Source: Actinomycetota bacterium (GTDB taxonomy: Bacteria > Actinomycetota > Acidimicrobiia > Acidimicrobiales > Ilumatobacteraceae). From it: a stretch of 52,301 nt of DNA. The stretch covers positions 1-52,301 of the forward strand of contig JBJOOQ010000001.1 of the NCBI GenBank assembly GCA_046051205.1, given 5' to 3'. Of this stretch, positions 37,393 through 46,271 are shown in pieces. Every line of letters begins with the position of its first letter. The stretch's first letter is position 1. The translations under genes were made by a program, and so were the position numbers. The notes beneath the pieces are model-generated. The model was not told where the DNA came from, did no database searches, and saw nothing but the letters and a program-made list of their open reading frames with translations.

Positions 37393-38115
37393 TCAATGAC
37401 CCATGCCGAGCCCGCCATCAACGGGAATTACCGCACCCGTGATGTAGGCCGCTGCTGGGCTTGCAAGAAAAGTCACAACTCCTGCAATTTCGTCCACGGT
37501 TCCTGTTCGTCCGAGAGGTACTGCAGAAGCGATCTCTTCGAGTCGCTTTTCACCGAGCGCTGCGGTCATATCGGTGTCGATTGGGCCAGGAGCAACCACA
37601 TTGACGGTGATTGAACGCGAACCCAATTCTCGCGCCAACGAACGGGCGAGTCCCACTAAGCCTGCTTTGCTTGCTGAGTAATTTGCTTGTCCGGCAGAGC
37701 CCATCAACGCGACAACGCTCGACATCAAGATGATGCGACCAGATCGTGCGCGCAACATGCCTTGCGTTGCACGTTTGCAGACTCGATATGCGGCGGTGAG
37801 GTTGGCGTCTATGACAGATGAAAAGTCATCTTCGCCCATGCGCAGAAGAAGTCCGTCTCGCGTGATTCCTGCATTCGAAACAAGAATTTGTACGGGACCA
37901 AACTTCTCTTCGATTGCCTTGAATGCGTTGTCTACATCTTCGTTGTCTGTTACGTCGCACTTCACTGCGAAAAATTCGCCAGGTGGCGGCGAAGAGTTGT
38001 AGGTAACTGCAACGTGATCACCGAGTGCTGCGAAGTGACGCGCGCAGGCAAGTCCGATGCCGCGAGAACCGCCAGTAACTAAGACCACTCGCGGTGATGT
38101 TGTTTCAGTGGTCAT
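37393..38115 (-). CDS. fabG: 3-oxoacyl-ACP reductase
   Basis: VTGGSRGIG, NAGI, and S...YSASKAG, in a FAS-II context. ATGA overlap with the fabH stop. Confidence 0.9.
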   Translation of the reverse strand: MTTETTSPRVVLVTGGSRGIGLACARHFAALGDHVAVTYNSSPPPGEFFAVKCDVTDNEDVDNAFKAIEEKFGPVQILVSNAGITRDGLLLRMGEDDFSSVIDANLTAAYRVCKRATQGMLRARSGRIILMSSVVALMGSAGQANYSASKAGLVGLARSLARELGSRSITVNVVAPGPIDTDMTAALGEKRLEEIASAVPLGRTGTVDEIAGVVTFLASPAAAYITGAVIPVDGGLGMGH

Positions 38116-39089
38116 GCTCGGAGTCCCTTTCCGTTCCAACGCAACACGGCACTTGCTGCGGTCATTCCAGCGCCGAATCCAACGACCAAAACCAGATCGC
38201 CTTCGCGCAATGTGCGTCCGCTCATAGCGCCACCGTTGGCAGCATCGAATAAAGCAAGTGGAATTGAGGCAGAAGACGTGTTGCCTGTTTCGTGCAACAC
38301 CGTGCTGGTGCGATCCATCGGTATGCCGAGGCGTTCACAAGCTGCACTGATGATTCTGGTGTTTGCTTGGTGGGGGACGATGAGTGCAATGTCATCAGCG
38401 GTAACTCCGGCAATGTGCATGGACTTTTGTGCGGAGTCAACCATGATGCGTACTGCGCGACGAAATACCTCTTTGCCATCCATATGAATGTTTCCGCCTA
38501 TTTCGGCGTAGAGCAATTCTTCGGCGGAGCCATCGGCATCTAAGTCCCAGCCGAGCAATTCGGATTCACCAGTTGTTGCTTCGATAACGGCTGCACCAGA
38601 ACCATCGGCAAACAAAATTGCAGTATTGCGATCGGTCCAGTCAGTTATCCGCGAAAGAGTGTCGGTGCCGATGAGGAGAACTTTCTTTGAGCCCATAGCA
38701 ATAAGTCCATGAGCAACAACGAGTCCGTACACAAAACCGGAACAGGCAGCATTGATGTCGAATGCCCCGCACTTCAAGCCAAGCAAATTCTGCACTGTTG
38801 CTGAAGTTGCAGGTACTTGACGATCTGGGGTGGTGGTCGACAACACAAGAGCGTCAATTTGGTCTGGAAAAACACCAGCCATCTCCATGGCGATTCGCCC
38901 GCTCTCTACTGAGAGTTCAGCGGTGCTTCCGCCAATATGTCGGCGATGAATACCGGTTCGCTCGCGGATCCATTCGTCGGAAGTCTCCATAGTCTTCGAC
39001 AAATCATTATTTGTCACAACCTTCGGAGGAAGTGCAGTGCCCCAACCAGTGATGACGCCACCGATGGCGTTCGCGGGAATGGTTGGCAT
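38112..39089 (-). CDS. fabH: Beta-ketoacyl-ACP synthase III
   Basis: INAACSGF active-site Cys, HQAN, GNTSSASIP, and GFGAGMT. An alternative TTG start lies at 39119. Confidence 0.92.
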   Translation of the reverse strand: MPTIPANAIGGVITGWGTALPPKVVTNNDLSKTMETSDEWIRERTGIHRRHIGGSTAELSVESGRIAMEMAGVFPDQIDALVLSTTTPDRQVPATSATVQNLLGLKCGAFDINAACSGFVYGLVVAHGLIAMGSKKVLLIGTDTLSRITDWTDRNTAILFADGSGAAVIEATTGESELLGWDLDADGSAEELLYAEIGGNIHMDGKEVFRRAVRIMVDSAQKSMHIAGVTADDIALIVPHQANTRIISAACERLGIPMDRTSTVLHETGNTSSASIPLALFDAANGGAMSGRTLREGDLVLVVGFGAGMTAASAVLRWNGKGLRA

Positions 39090-39100
39090 GCGAATAAACC

Positions 39101-40288
39101 TTAGTGAGTTCGCAACCAAGCGATTGGTTGATGCGCAGTCACACGTTCTCCGTCAACAGCAATGAAGTTTTGCAAAATGCCAGAAAACGGGGAACGAACT
39201 TCAGTTTCTGCAACATGACCGATGATCTGTCCAACTTCGATTCGCGACTTATTGGTTACGGATGAGATCTTCTGAAACAAACCAGCGGCTGGAGAAACCA
39301 CCATACGTTCAACTGCAAAGAGATGTTCGCCTTCATGGACAGAACCAGGAGGCAATGTGGCTGTTGGCTGAAGTGCGTCGATCCATTCAATTAACTTGTC
39401 AAGATCATCGGGCGTGGCAACGCTGATTGATTTCGATCCCTCAATGGTTCGCTTGGCCATTCCAGTGAGCACGCCACCTGGACCAAGTTCAATAAAGCCG
39501 ACGATGCCAGCCTCGGCCATGGTGAGCAAGCAATGCTTCCAGCGCACTGGTGATGAAAGTTGGGCTGACAACAGGGTTGACCATTCTTCGCCGCTGTCGT
39601 GTGCACGTGCATCAACGTTGCTGATCACCGGTACGTCAATGTTGCGCGGTTTGGCAAGCGCAATTGCCTCGCGCAGACGTTCGCGCGCGCTGGTCATGTA
39701 TGGGGTGTGGAACGCACCCGATACGGGTAGTGCCATCACACGTTTTGCCCCGAGCGCCTTTGCTTGTTCAGTTGCTTTTGCAACTCCTTCTACGGAACCA
39801 GCAATAACGATCTGACCGGGAGCATTGAAGTTGGCAACCCACACATCGCTGTCGGCAAGTCGACATGCTGTTTCAACTTCGTCGTCATCTAGTCCAAGAA
39901 CCGCAGCCATCGTGCCGGGCGATTCGTTTCCTGCATCGTGCATCGCATCTGCTCTGGCCACAACAAGACGAATGCCTTCATCGAAACCAAGCGCACCCGT
40001 TGCGGCAAGCGCTGTGTATTCACCGAGGCTGTGTCCCGCGCAGAGGCTGGGCTCAATGCCAAGACGCTCAACAGCGTCGAGCACCATCAGCGATGACACA
40101 AAAGTGGTCAACTGGGCGTTGCGTGTGTCCTTAAGCTCCTCGGCATCGGCTTCTAAGAGGAGTCGGCCAACGTCGCGGCCAGAAATATCGGAAGCTTCCG
40201 TGACGAGTTCCCAGCTGTCATGGCCAACCCAGGGTTGGCCCATACCAGGGCGCTGTGAACCCTGACCTGGAAAGGTGAACGCAAGCAT
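39101..40288 (-). CDS. fabD: ACP S-malonyltransferase fused to a C-terminal biotinyl/lipoyl-like (BCCP-like) domain without the modifiable lysine
   Basis: The FabD core has FPGQGSQ, GHSLGEY, and VSGAFHTP...GPGGVLTG. It is followed by about 90 extra residues: VVSPAAGLFQ...RIEVGQIIGHVAETEVRSPFSGILQNFIAVDGERV. ATG at 40288. Confidence 0.88.
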   Translation of the reverse strand: MLAFTFPGQGSQRPGMGQPWVGHDSWELVTEASDISGRDVGRLLLEADAEELKDTRNAQLTTFVSSLMVLDAVERLGIEPSLCAGHSLGEYTALAATGALGFDEGIRLVVARADAMHDAGNESPGTMAAVLGLDDDEVETACRLADSDVWVANFNAPGQIVIAGSVEGVAKATEQAKALGAKRVMALPVSGAFHTPYMTSARERLREAIALAKPRNIDVPVISNVDARAHDSGEEWSTLLSAQLSSPVRWKHCLLTMAEAGIVGFIELGPGGVLTGMAKRTIEGSKSISVATPDDLDKLIEWIDALQPTATLPPGSVHEGEHLFAVERMVVSPAAGLFQKISSVTNKSRIEVGQIIGHVAETEVRSPFSGILQNFIAVDGERVTAHQPIAWLRTH

Positions 40289-40346
40289 GTCGGGCACAAG
40301 CGTAGAACTTCCAAGGGGTCGGTACGCTGTTTCCCACTTCACTCAA

Positions 40347-40432
40347 GCCCGAGTGGCGGAATGGCAGACGCGACGGACTCAAAATCCGTTATTCGAAAGG
40401 GTGTGTGGGTTCAACTCCCACCTCGGGCACCA
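40347..40432 (+). tRNA. tRNA-Leu (anticodon CAA), CCA encoded
   Basis: Acceptor stem GCCCGAG/CTCGGGC, D-arm GGCGGAATGG, anticodon loop CT-CAA-AA, a long variable arm, T-arm GTGGGTTCAACTCCCAC, discriminator A, then CCA. Confidence 0.93.
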
Positions 40433-40434
40433 AC

Positions 40435-40761
40435 ATGGACACTCCTACACTCGCTGATGTGAACGTTCGCGGAGTTGCCCACAGGCTCATTGAAAAGCGG
40501 CTCCGCCGAAATTCTGAGAACTTGAAGCAACTACAAACTGAACTTACGTTGTTGGACGAACAACTAGACGCGCTGCGTAATGATGCGAATGACAAAGAGA
40601 TGCGCAGCTTGGTTTCAGAAACACCTCTCGCATTGCATGAATATCGCGATGCGCAGAAGCACGTAGAAGCATTGCTCGAGCATCGCGATTTTCTGCTTCG
40701 TGCGATTGCTGAGCAAACGAGAAATCAAGATGAATTGTTGGACAGGCTGGGGAAGAACTGA
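40435..40761 (+). CDS. Hypothetical coiled-coil protein (108 aa)
   Basis: The ATG at 40435 lies 2 nt after the tRNA CCA. The sequence is heptad-like and charged (NSENLKQLQTELTLLDEQLDALRNDANDKE...). Its stop overlaps the ATG of the ANTAR regulator (ATGA-type). The ORF-track start at 40405 lies inside the tRNA. Confidence 0.6.
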   Translation: MDTPTLADVNVRGVAHRLIEKRLRRNSENLKQLQTELTLLDEQLDALRNDANDKEMRSLVSETPLALHEYRDAQKHVEALLEHRDFLLRAIAEQTRNQDELLDRLGKN

Positions 40762-41348
40762 TGCCTAACCCAGTTCGAATTGTTGTTGCAGAAGACGAAG
40801 CGATTATTCGTTTGGATCTTGTTGAAACATTGCGAGAAGAGGGTTACGACGTGGTCGCCGATACTGGCCGTGGTGATACTGCGATTGAACTCGTTCGTGA
40901 GCACAAACCGGATGTTGCAATTTTCGATATCAAAATGCCTGGGCTTGATGGACTTGCGGCCGCACAAGTGGTGTCGGCAGAAAAGATCTGCCCAGTCGTC
41001 ATGTTGACGGCATTCAGCCAACGTGAAGTTATTGAGCAAGCGCGTGATGCCGGCGCTTTGGCTTATCTCGTAAAGCCATTTCAGAAGACAGATTTAGTTC
41101 CTGCAATCGAGTTGGCAATTGGACGTTTCGCGGAAATGAAATTGCTTAGTGGCGAGCGTGACGCCCTGGACGAGCAACTGCAATTACGAAAAGTGCTCGA
41201 CCGCGCAAAGGGAATCCTCATTGATTCCTTTTCCATGTCCGAGCAGGCTGCCTTTGATTTCATTCAAAAAGGGGCAATGTCGTCGCGGTCGCGAATGAAA
41301 GATGTTGCGCAGCGGGTGATTGACGGCGATCTCACGCCCAATTCGTGA
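40761..41348 (+). CDS. pdtaR: ANTAR-domain response regulator (PdtaR/AmiR-like)
   Basis: Receiver domain (VVAEDE, FDIKMPGLDG, LTAF, KPF) plus an ANTAR helix region (LQLRKVLDRAKGILIDSFSMSEQAAFDFIQKGAM). Conserved position upstream of polA in actinobacteria. Confidence 0.88.
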   Translation: MPNPVRIVVAEDEAIIRLDLVETLREEGYDVVADTGRGDTAIELVREHKPDVAIFDIKMPGLDGLAAAQVVSAEKICPVVMLTAFSQREVIEQARDAGALAYLVKPFQKTDLVPAIELAIGRFAEMKLLSGERDALDEQLQLRKVLDRAKGILIDSFSMSEQAAFDFIQKGAMSSRSRMKDVAQRVIDGDLTPNS

Positions 41349-41361
41349 TATTCATAACGCT

Positions 41362-44049
41362 ATGAAATTGATGGCGCTCGATGGCAACTCGCTGGCGTAT
41401 CGCGCGTTCTTCGCATTACCGACCGACATGGCAACTGCGAGTGGTCAAGTAACCAATTCGGTGTATGGCTTTTGCACCATGCTCAACACTCTTGTTAAGG
41501 ATCACAAGCCAGATGGTGTCATTGTGGTGTTTGACAGGCGCGAAAAAACCTTCAGACACGAAGCAGTTCCTGAGTACAAAGCACAGCGCGAGCAACAGCC
41601 AGACATTTTGTATCAGCAGTTAGACATCATTAAGGAGCTGCTCGTCTCGTTTGGAATACCCGTTATCGATGCCGCCGGATTCGAGGGTGACGATTTGATT
41701 GCAACTATTGCAACGCACGCTGAAGAAGAAGGTTCTGAGCTGATTGTTGTTACGGGAGACCGTGACAGCTACCAGCTCGTGAAGAACCCGCTCATTCGCG
41801 TGCTGTACAACAAGCGCGGTGTCAGCGACTATGCGTTGTATGACGAAGCAGGCATCTTCGAGCGAACTGGTGTGACACCAGCGCAGTATCCCGACTATGC
41901 GGCCTTGCGAGGAGATCCGAGCGACAACCTTGAAGGTGTGCCTGGCGTCGGTGAAAAGACAGCTGCAAAGCTCATCAACCAATACGGATCTCTCGAATCC
42001 ATCTTTGATGCTGCAGATCAGCAGACACCAAAGCTGAAGGACTCCTTGCATGCAAGTCGCGAACGAGTGTTGCGGAACGCGAAGATCATGGTGTTGAGGC
42101 GAGATGCTCCCATTGGCATCAATGTGCTGGAGTCTGCTCCAAAGCCCGATGTTCAAGCACTGCAAAAGTGGTTTGAAACTTTGGAATTCAAGTCGATGCT
42201 CGCCCGTACTAAAGAAGCTTTCGGTCGATTCATCAACCAAGAAGCAGCGGCTGCTGTGGCCGATACGCAACAGACGTCAACTGCTCTTGAAATATCGACA
42301 ACGGTTTCCGGCAGCGCTCAAGAAGCGATTTTGTCTATTGACAGTGCGGAAGGTGAGTACGGCATTGTTCTTGCTCCAGGTTGGTTGAACGAGGAGCATC
42401 GATCAATTGAAGGAATTGCAATCGTCGTCGATCGACAAAAGAATCATGTTGCATGGATCCCGTCTTCTCTGCTTGAAGAAAAGACTGTGTTAGCGCGTTT
42501 CGCTAAAGCTTCGTCGATATCTGGCCATCACGTGAAACCGATGCTTCGCTGGTTTCTTGACCGCAAAATCGATATTCCAAGAATTGGATTCGATACAGCT
42601 ATTGCTGCCTACTTGCTAGAACCTGCGCAATCGAAGTTTGAGGCGCATGAAGTTCTCGCTCGGTACACGGAGGATCGCATCTCCGCGCGTGTCGATGGCG
42701 CAACCAATGATGGCCAGCTCAGTTTTGATTCGGAAGTGACGAATTCATCATCGGATGCATCGAATGTCGCAATAGCTGTTAGTCGAGTTATTCCAGCCCT
42801 TGCTAAAGAGATTGACGCTCAAGGTGTGGCCAATTTGTTCAACGACGTTGAATTGCCACTCATTCGAGTGTTGGCAAAGATGGAACACGTCGGAGTTCTT
42901 GTAGATAAAAAGCAGCTGACCGCAATTAACGAGCACCTAGTTCACGAGACGAAGCGTCTTACCGTAGTGTTGCATGAACTGGCGGGGAAGACTTTCAATC
43001 TGAATTCGCCAACACAACTGCGGCAAATTCTGTACGAAGACAAAAAGCTTTCGCCGGGCAAGAAGACGAAAACTGGATTCAGCACTGATGCAGCAACGCT
43101 CGAGAAGATTCGAGATCAATGGCCAGAATTCATTGATCAGTTGTTGGAGTATCGCGAGTTTGAAAAGTTACGTGGAACGTATGGCCAAGGTTTGCTTGAT
43201 GCCATCCAACCAGATGGGCGAATTCATGCCACCTTCAACCAAACCGTTGCTCGGACTGGACGTCTGAGCAGCGATGCACCGAATTTGCACAACATCCCAA
43301 TTAGGTCGGATGAAGGAAAAGTATTTCGCACCGCATTCATTCCACAAGATGGATGTCTGCTTATGGTTGCGGACTACAACCAAATTGAGTTGCGTTGCAT
43401 CGCACACCTTGCAAACGATCCAGGCCTGATTGACGCATTCAATAGAGGCATCGACATTCACAGTGCCACTGCAGCTCGGGTATTCGGAGTTGATGCAGCG
43501 AGCGTCACATCTGACATGCGTTCACAAGCAAAGATGATTTCGTACGGTCTGGCATATGGCATGGAAGCCTTCGGGTTGAGTCAGCGTCTCGGTGTTGGGG
43601 TTGGAGAAGCGAGCGAAATTCTGGATGCCTATTTTGCGGCATTCCCGAACGTGAAGCAATACATGGATGACACGATTGAGCAAGCGAGAGCAAAGGGATA
43701 CACCGAAACATTGTTTGGTCGTCGTCGACAAATCCCAGAACTCAATAATCCGAACTTCCGAATTAAACAAGCGGGCGAGCGACAGGCAATGAATGCGGGA
43801 ATTCAAGGATTGGCTGCCGATATTTTCAAGATTGCACTTGTGCGAATTGATAAATCAATTGCACAGGCAAAACTGAAGAGCACCGTTATTTTGCAAGTTC
43901 ACGACGAAGTGCTTGTTGAGTGTCCTGTATCTGAGAAGGATCAAGTGAATGAGATCGTCCTTCGCGAGATGAAGAATGCAGCATCATTGAAAGTGCCACT
44001 CGAAGTAAACGCTGCGTGGGGTGACAGCTGGGCCTCAGCGAAGGCATAA
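41362..44049 (+). CDS. polA: DNA polymerase I
   Basis: 5' nuclease N-terminus LDGNSLAYRAFFA and Pol A motifs DYNQIELR, RSQAKMISYGLAYG, and QVHDEVLVE. Confidence 0.96.
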   Translation: MKLMALDGNSLAYRAFFALPTDMATASGQVTNSVYGFCTMLNTLVKDHKPDGVIVVFDRREKTFRHEAVPEYKAQREQQPDILYQQLDIIKELLVSFGIPVIDAAGFEGDDLIATIATHAEEEGSELIVVTGDRDSYQLVKNPLIRVLYNKRGVSDYALYDEAGIFERTGVTPAQYPDYAALRGDPSDNLEGVPGVGEKTAAKLINQYGSLESIFDAADQQTPKLKDSLHASRERVLRNAKIMVLRRDAPIGINVLESAPKPDVQALQKWFETLEFKSMLARTKEAFGRFINQEAAAAVADTQQTSTALEISTTVSGSAQEAILSIDSAEGEYGIVLAPGWLNEEHRSIEGIAIVVDRQKNHVAWIPSSLLEEKTVLARFAKASSISGHHVKPMLRWFLDRKIDIPRIGFDTAIAAYLLEPAQSKFEAHEVLARYTEDRISARVDGATNDGQLSFDSEVTNSSSDASNVAIAVSRVIPALAKEIDAQGVANLFNDVELPLIRVLAKMEHVGVLVDKKQLTAINEHLVHETKRLTVVLHELAGKTFNLNSPTQLRQILYEDKKLSPGKKTKTGFSTDAATLEKIRDQWPEFIDQLLEYREFEKLRGTYGQGLLDAIQPDGRIHATFNQTVARTGRLSSDAPNLHNIPIRSDEGKVFRTAFIPQDGCLLMVADYNQIELRCIAHLANDPGLIDAFNRGIDIHSATAARVFGVDAASVTSDMRSQAKMISYGLAYGMEAFGLSQRLGVGVGEASEILDAYFAAFPNVKQYMDDTIEQARAKGYTETLFGRRRQIPELNNPNFRIKQAGERQAMNAGIQGLAADIFKIALVRIDKSIAQAKLKSTVILQVHDEVLVECPVSEKDQVNEIVLREMKNAASLKVPLEVNAAWGDSWASAKA

Positions 44050-44053
44050 CGAG

Positions 44054-44791
44054 ATGTCTGATCAGGATCATTGGTTCGAAGATTTAGCGAGCCATATGAA
44101 GGATGCGTATCTCCGGTACTCATTTACAAAAGGAACAACGCAGGAAGTTGATTTCATCCTTGATACAACTGGTGCCAAAGCCGGTTGTGCCTTCATTGAT
44201 GTTGGTTGTGGCCCTGGCCGCCACAGTGTGGAACTTGCACGCAGGGGAATGCACGTAACCGGTATTGATGTGAGTCAAGACTTCATTGATATTGCTCAGC
44301 GAAGCTCCGCTGCAGAATCCTTGTCCAATGCAAAATTTCAGCGTCTTGATGCGCGTGACCTCATCAACCACGCTTCGCTCCATGCGAAGTTCGACTTCGC
44401 AATCTGTCTGTGCCAAGGCGCCTTTGGTTTGATGGTCGACGATCAACAAGATGTCGAGATTCTCGCCGGCATCCGCCGGTCCTTGAAAGACCAAGGGGTT
44501 CTCGTCCTGTCGGCCTTCAACGCTTATTTCTCTGTGAAGCATCACGGCGATGCAGAGTTTGACGCTCTCAGCGGAGTGAGTCACGAAACCACCGATATCC
44601 GCAACGAGCTTGGGGAAGTGAAAAGCGTCGATTTGTGGACGGGTTGCTACACGCCACGGGAGTTGCGCTTGGTGTTCAACTTGGCTGGATTCGACATTCT
44701 CAGTATTTCCAGCGTTGAGCCAGGGCGGTATTCCAATGCTGATTGCAGCACGGAATCGCCTGAATTCCTTGTTGTAGCCAAGTCCAGATAG
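44054..44791 (+). CDS. Class I SAM-dependent methyltransferase
   Basis: Motif I FIDVGCGPGRHSVELA. 245 aa. Confidence 0.85.
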   Translation: MSDQDHWFEDLASHMKDAYLRYSFTKGTTQEVDFILDTTGAKAGCAFIDVGCGPGRHSVELARRGMHVTGIDVSQDFIDIAQRSSAAESLSNAKFQRLDARDLINHASLHAKFDFAICLCQGAFGLMVDDQQDVEILAGIRRSLKDQGVLVLSAFNAYFSVKHHGDAEFDALSGVSHETTDIRNELGEVKSVDLWTGCYTPRELRLVFNLAGFDILSISSVEPGRYSNADCSTESPEFLVVAKSR

Positions 44792-44884
44792 AGCGGGCGC
44801 TGATAGCGTGATTTCCCTGTCCTACCGCCGGTAGGGCCTCTCGCAAGAGGGACCATCTCTCCTATCCACCGAAAGTACGTACCA
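44792..44884 (+). promoter_or_regulatory. rpsA 5' leader with two adjacent short hairpins and no purine-rich SD
   Basis: Hairpins CCTACC-gcc-GGTAGG (44821-44835) and CCTCT-cgca-AGAGG (44837-44850) are followed by a pyrimidine-rich tract, ATCTCTCCTATCC, before the ATG at 44885. Confidence 0.3.
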
Positions 44885-46213
44885 ATGTCAGATCTACAGA
44901 CCATGCAATCCCCACCAATGGGAACCTTCGACTCAGAAGGAAATTACACACCACGCCAAATCACAGAGCGTGATCTTTCGCAGTCATTTGCAGACGCGAT
45001 TAGCGGAACTCTTGTTGAGCTCAAAGACGGCCAACTTGTTACAGGAACAGTTGTTCGCATTACTCGCGACGAAGTTCTTGTTGAAATCGGTTACAAGACC
45101 GAAGGCGTCATCCTTGCTCGCGAATTGTCAATTCGTAATGACATCGATCCACACGAAATTGTGAAGTTGGGCGAGAAGATCGAAACTCTTGTTCTCACAC
45201 TTGAAGACAAAGAAGGTCGTTTGTTGCTTTCGAAGAAGCGTGCGCAATACGAGCGCGCTTGGGGCGACATTGAAAAAGTTAAGGCTGCAGACGGAACCGT
45301 TGAAGGTCTCGTCATTGAAGTTGTCAAGGGCGGACTCATCGTTGACATCGGTCTTCGCGGATTCCTTCCAGCTTCACTCGTTGAACTGCGTCGTGTTCGT
45401 GACCTAGCTCCTTATATTGGTCAGCGCATCACTGCAAAGATTCTTGAGCTCGACCGCAATCGCAACAACGTTGTGCTTTCGCGTCGCACCTTGCTCGAGC
45501 AGAATCAACGTGGCGCACGTGATGAGTTCTTGACACATCTCAAAGTTGGCGAAGTTCGCACGGGCCGCATCTCAAGCGTGGTTGCATTCGGTGCATTCGT
45601 TGACTTGGGCGGCATGGACGGACTCATCCACGTTTCCGAATTGTCATGGAAGCATGTAGACAACCCAACAGCAGTGGTCAACATTGGCGACGAAGTAACC
45701 GTGAAGGTTCTTGAAGTCGACATGGATCGCGAGCGCATCAGCCTCTCGTTGAAGGCGACTCAGCAAGATCCTTGGCAAGAGTTTGCCAACGGTCACCAAG
45801 TTGCTCAGTTGGTATACGGCCGCGTGACCAAGTTGGTTCCATTCGGTGCGTTCGTTCAAGTTGGCGATGGAATTGAAGGCCTCGTGCACATTTCCGAAAT
45901 GTCAGCACACCACGTTGAAGCGCCAGAGCAGGTTGTTACACCAGGTGAAGAGTTGTGGGTCAAGATCATCGATCTCGATCTCGCGCGTCGTCGCATCAGC
46001 TTGTCCATTAAGCAAGCTGCTGAAGGTGGAGAGTTGGCCGAGGAATACCGCGGACAGTTCCAAGTGGACGATCAGGGCAACTGGGTGGGCGGAGATGACA
46101 GCGCTCGCGAAGCAGCGTGGTCTGAATACTTCGACACTGCAGCAACGACTGAGGCACCAGCAGAAGCCGCAGCCGAAGTACCTGCTGCTGAACCAGAAGC
46201 TCCAAGCGCATAG
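44885..46213 (+). CDS. rpsA: 30S ribosomal protein S1
   Basis: Four S1-domain repeats (e.g. GTVVRITRDEVLVEIG, GLVIEVVKGGLIVDIG, GRISSVVAFGAFVDLG, GRVTKLVPFGAFVQVG) and an acidic Ala/Glu-rich tail. Confidence 0.96.
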   Translation: MSDLQTMQSPPMGTFDSEGNYTPRQITERDLSQSFADAISGTLVELKDGQLVTGTVVRITRDEVLVEIGYKTEGVILARELSIRNDIDPHEIVKLGEKIETLVLTLEDKEGRLLLSKKRAQYERAWGDIEKVKAADGTVEGLVIEVVKGGLIVDIGLRGFLPASLVELRRVRDLAPYIGQRITAKILELDRNRNNVVLSRRTLLEQNQRGARDEFLTHLKVGEVRTGRISSVVAFGAFVDLGGMDGLIHVSELSWKHVDNPTAVVNIGDEVTVKVLEVDMDRERISLSLKATQQDPWQEFANGHQVAQLVYGRVTKLVPFGAFVQVGDGIEGLVHISEMSAHHVEAPEQVVTPGEELWVKIIDLDLARRRISLSIKQAAEGGELAEEYRGQFQVDDQGNWVGGDDSAREAAWSEYFDTAATTEAPAEAAAEVPAAEPEAPSA

Positions 46214-46221
46214 TTTTCTGT

Positions 46222-46251
46222 AGCTGCGCTCGTCAGGGGGCGAGCGCAGCT
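46222..46251 (+). terminator. Stem-loop downstream of rpsA (possible I-shaped terminator or processing site)
   Basis: Perfect 11-bp stem AGCTGCGCTCG / CGAGCGCAGCT with an 8-nt loop, tcaggggg. No U-tract follows. Confidence 0.4.
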
Positions 46252-46271
46252 CAGATGTTCATCGGAGACAT

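Noticed and set aside
40289-40434. ORF-track starts at 40342 (fabD, minus strand) and 40405 (coiled-coil ORF, plus strand)
   Set aside because: The 40405 start lies inside the tRNA-Leu gene. The 40342 start adds 18 residues before the canonical FabD N-terminus MLAFTFPGQGSQ. Internal ATGs at 40288 and 40435 fit better.
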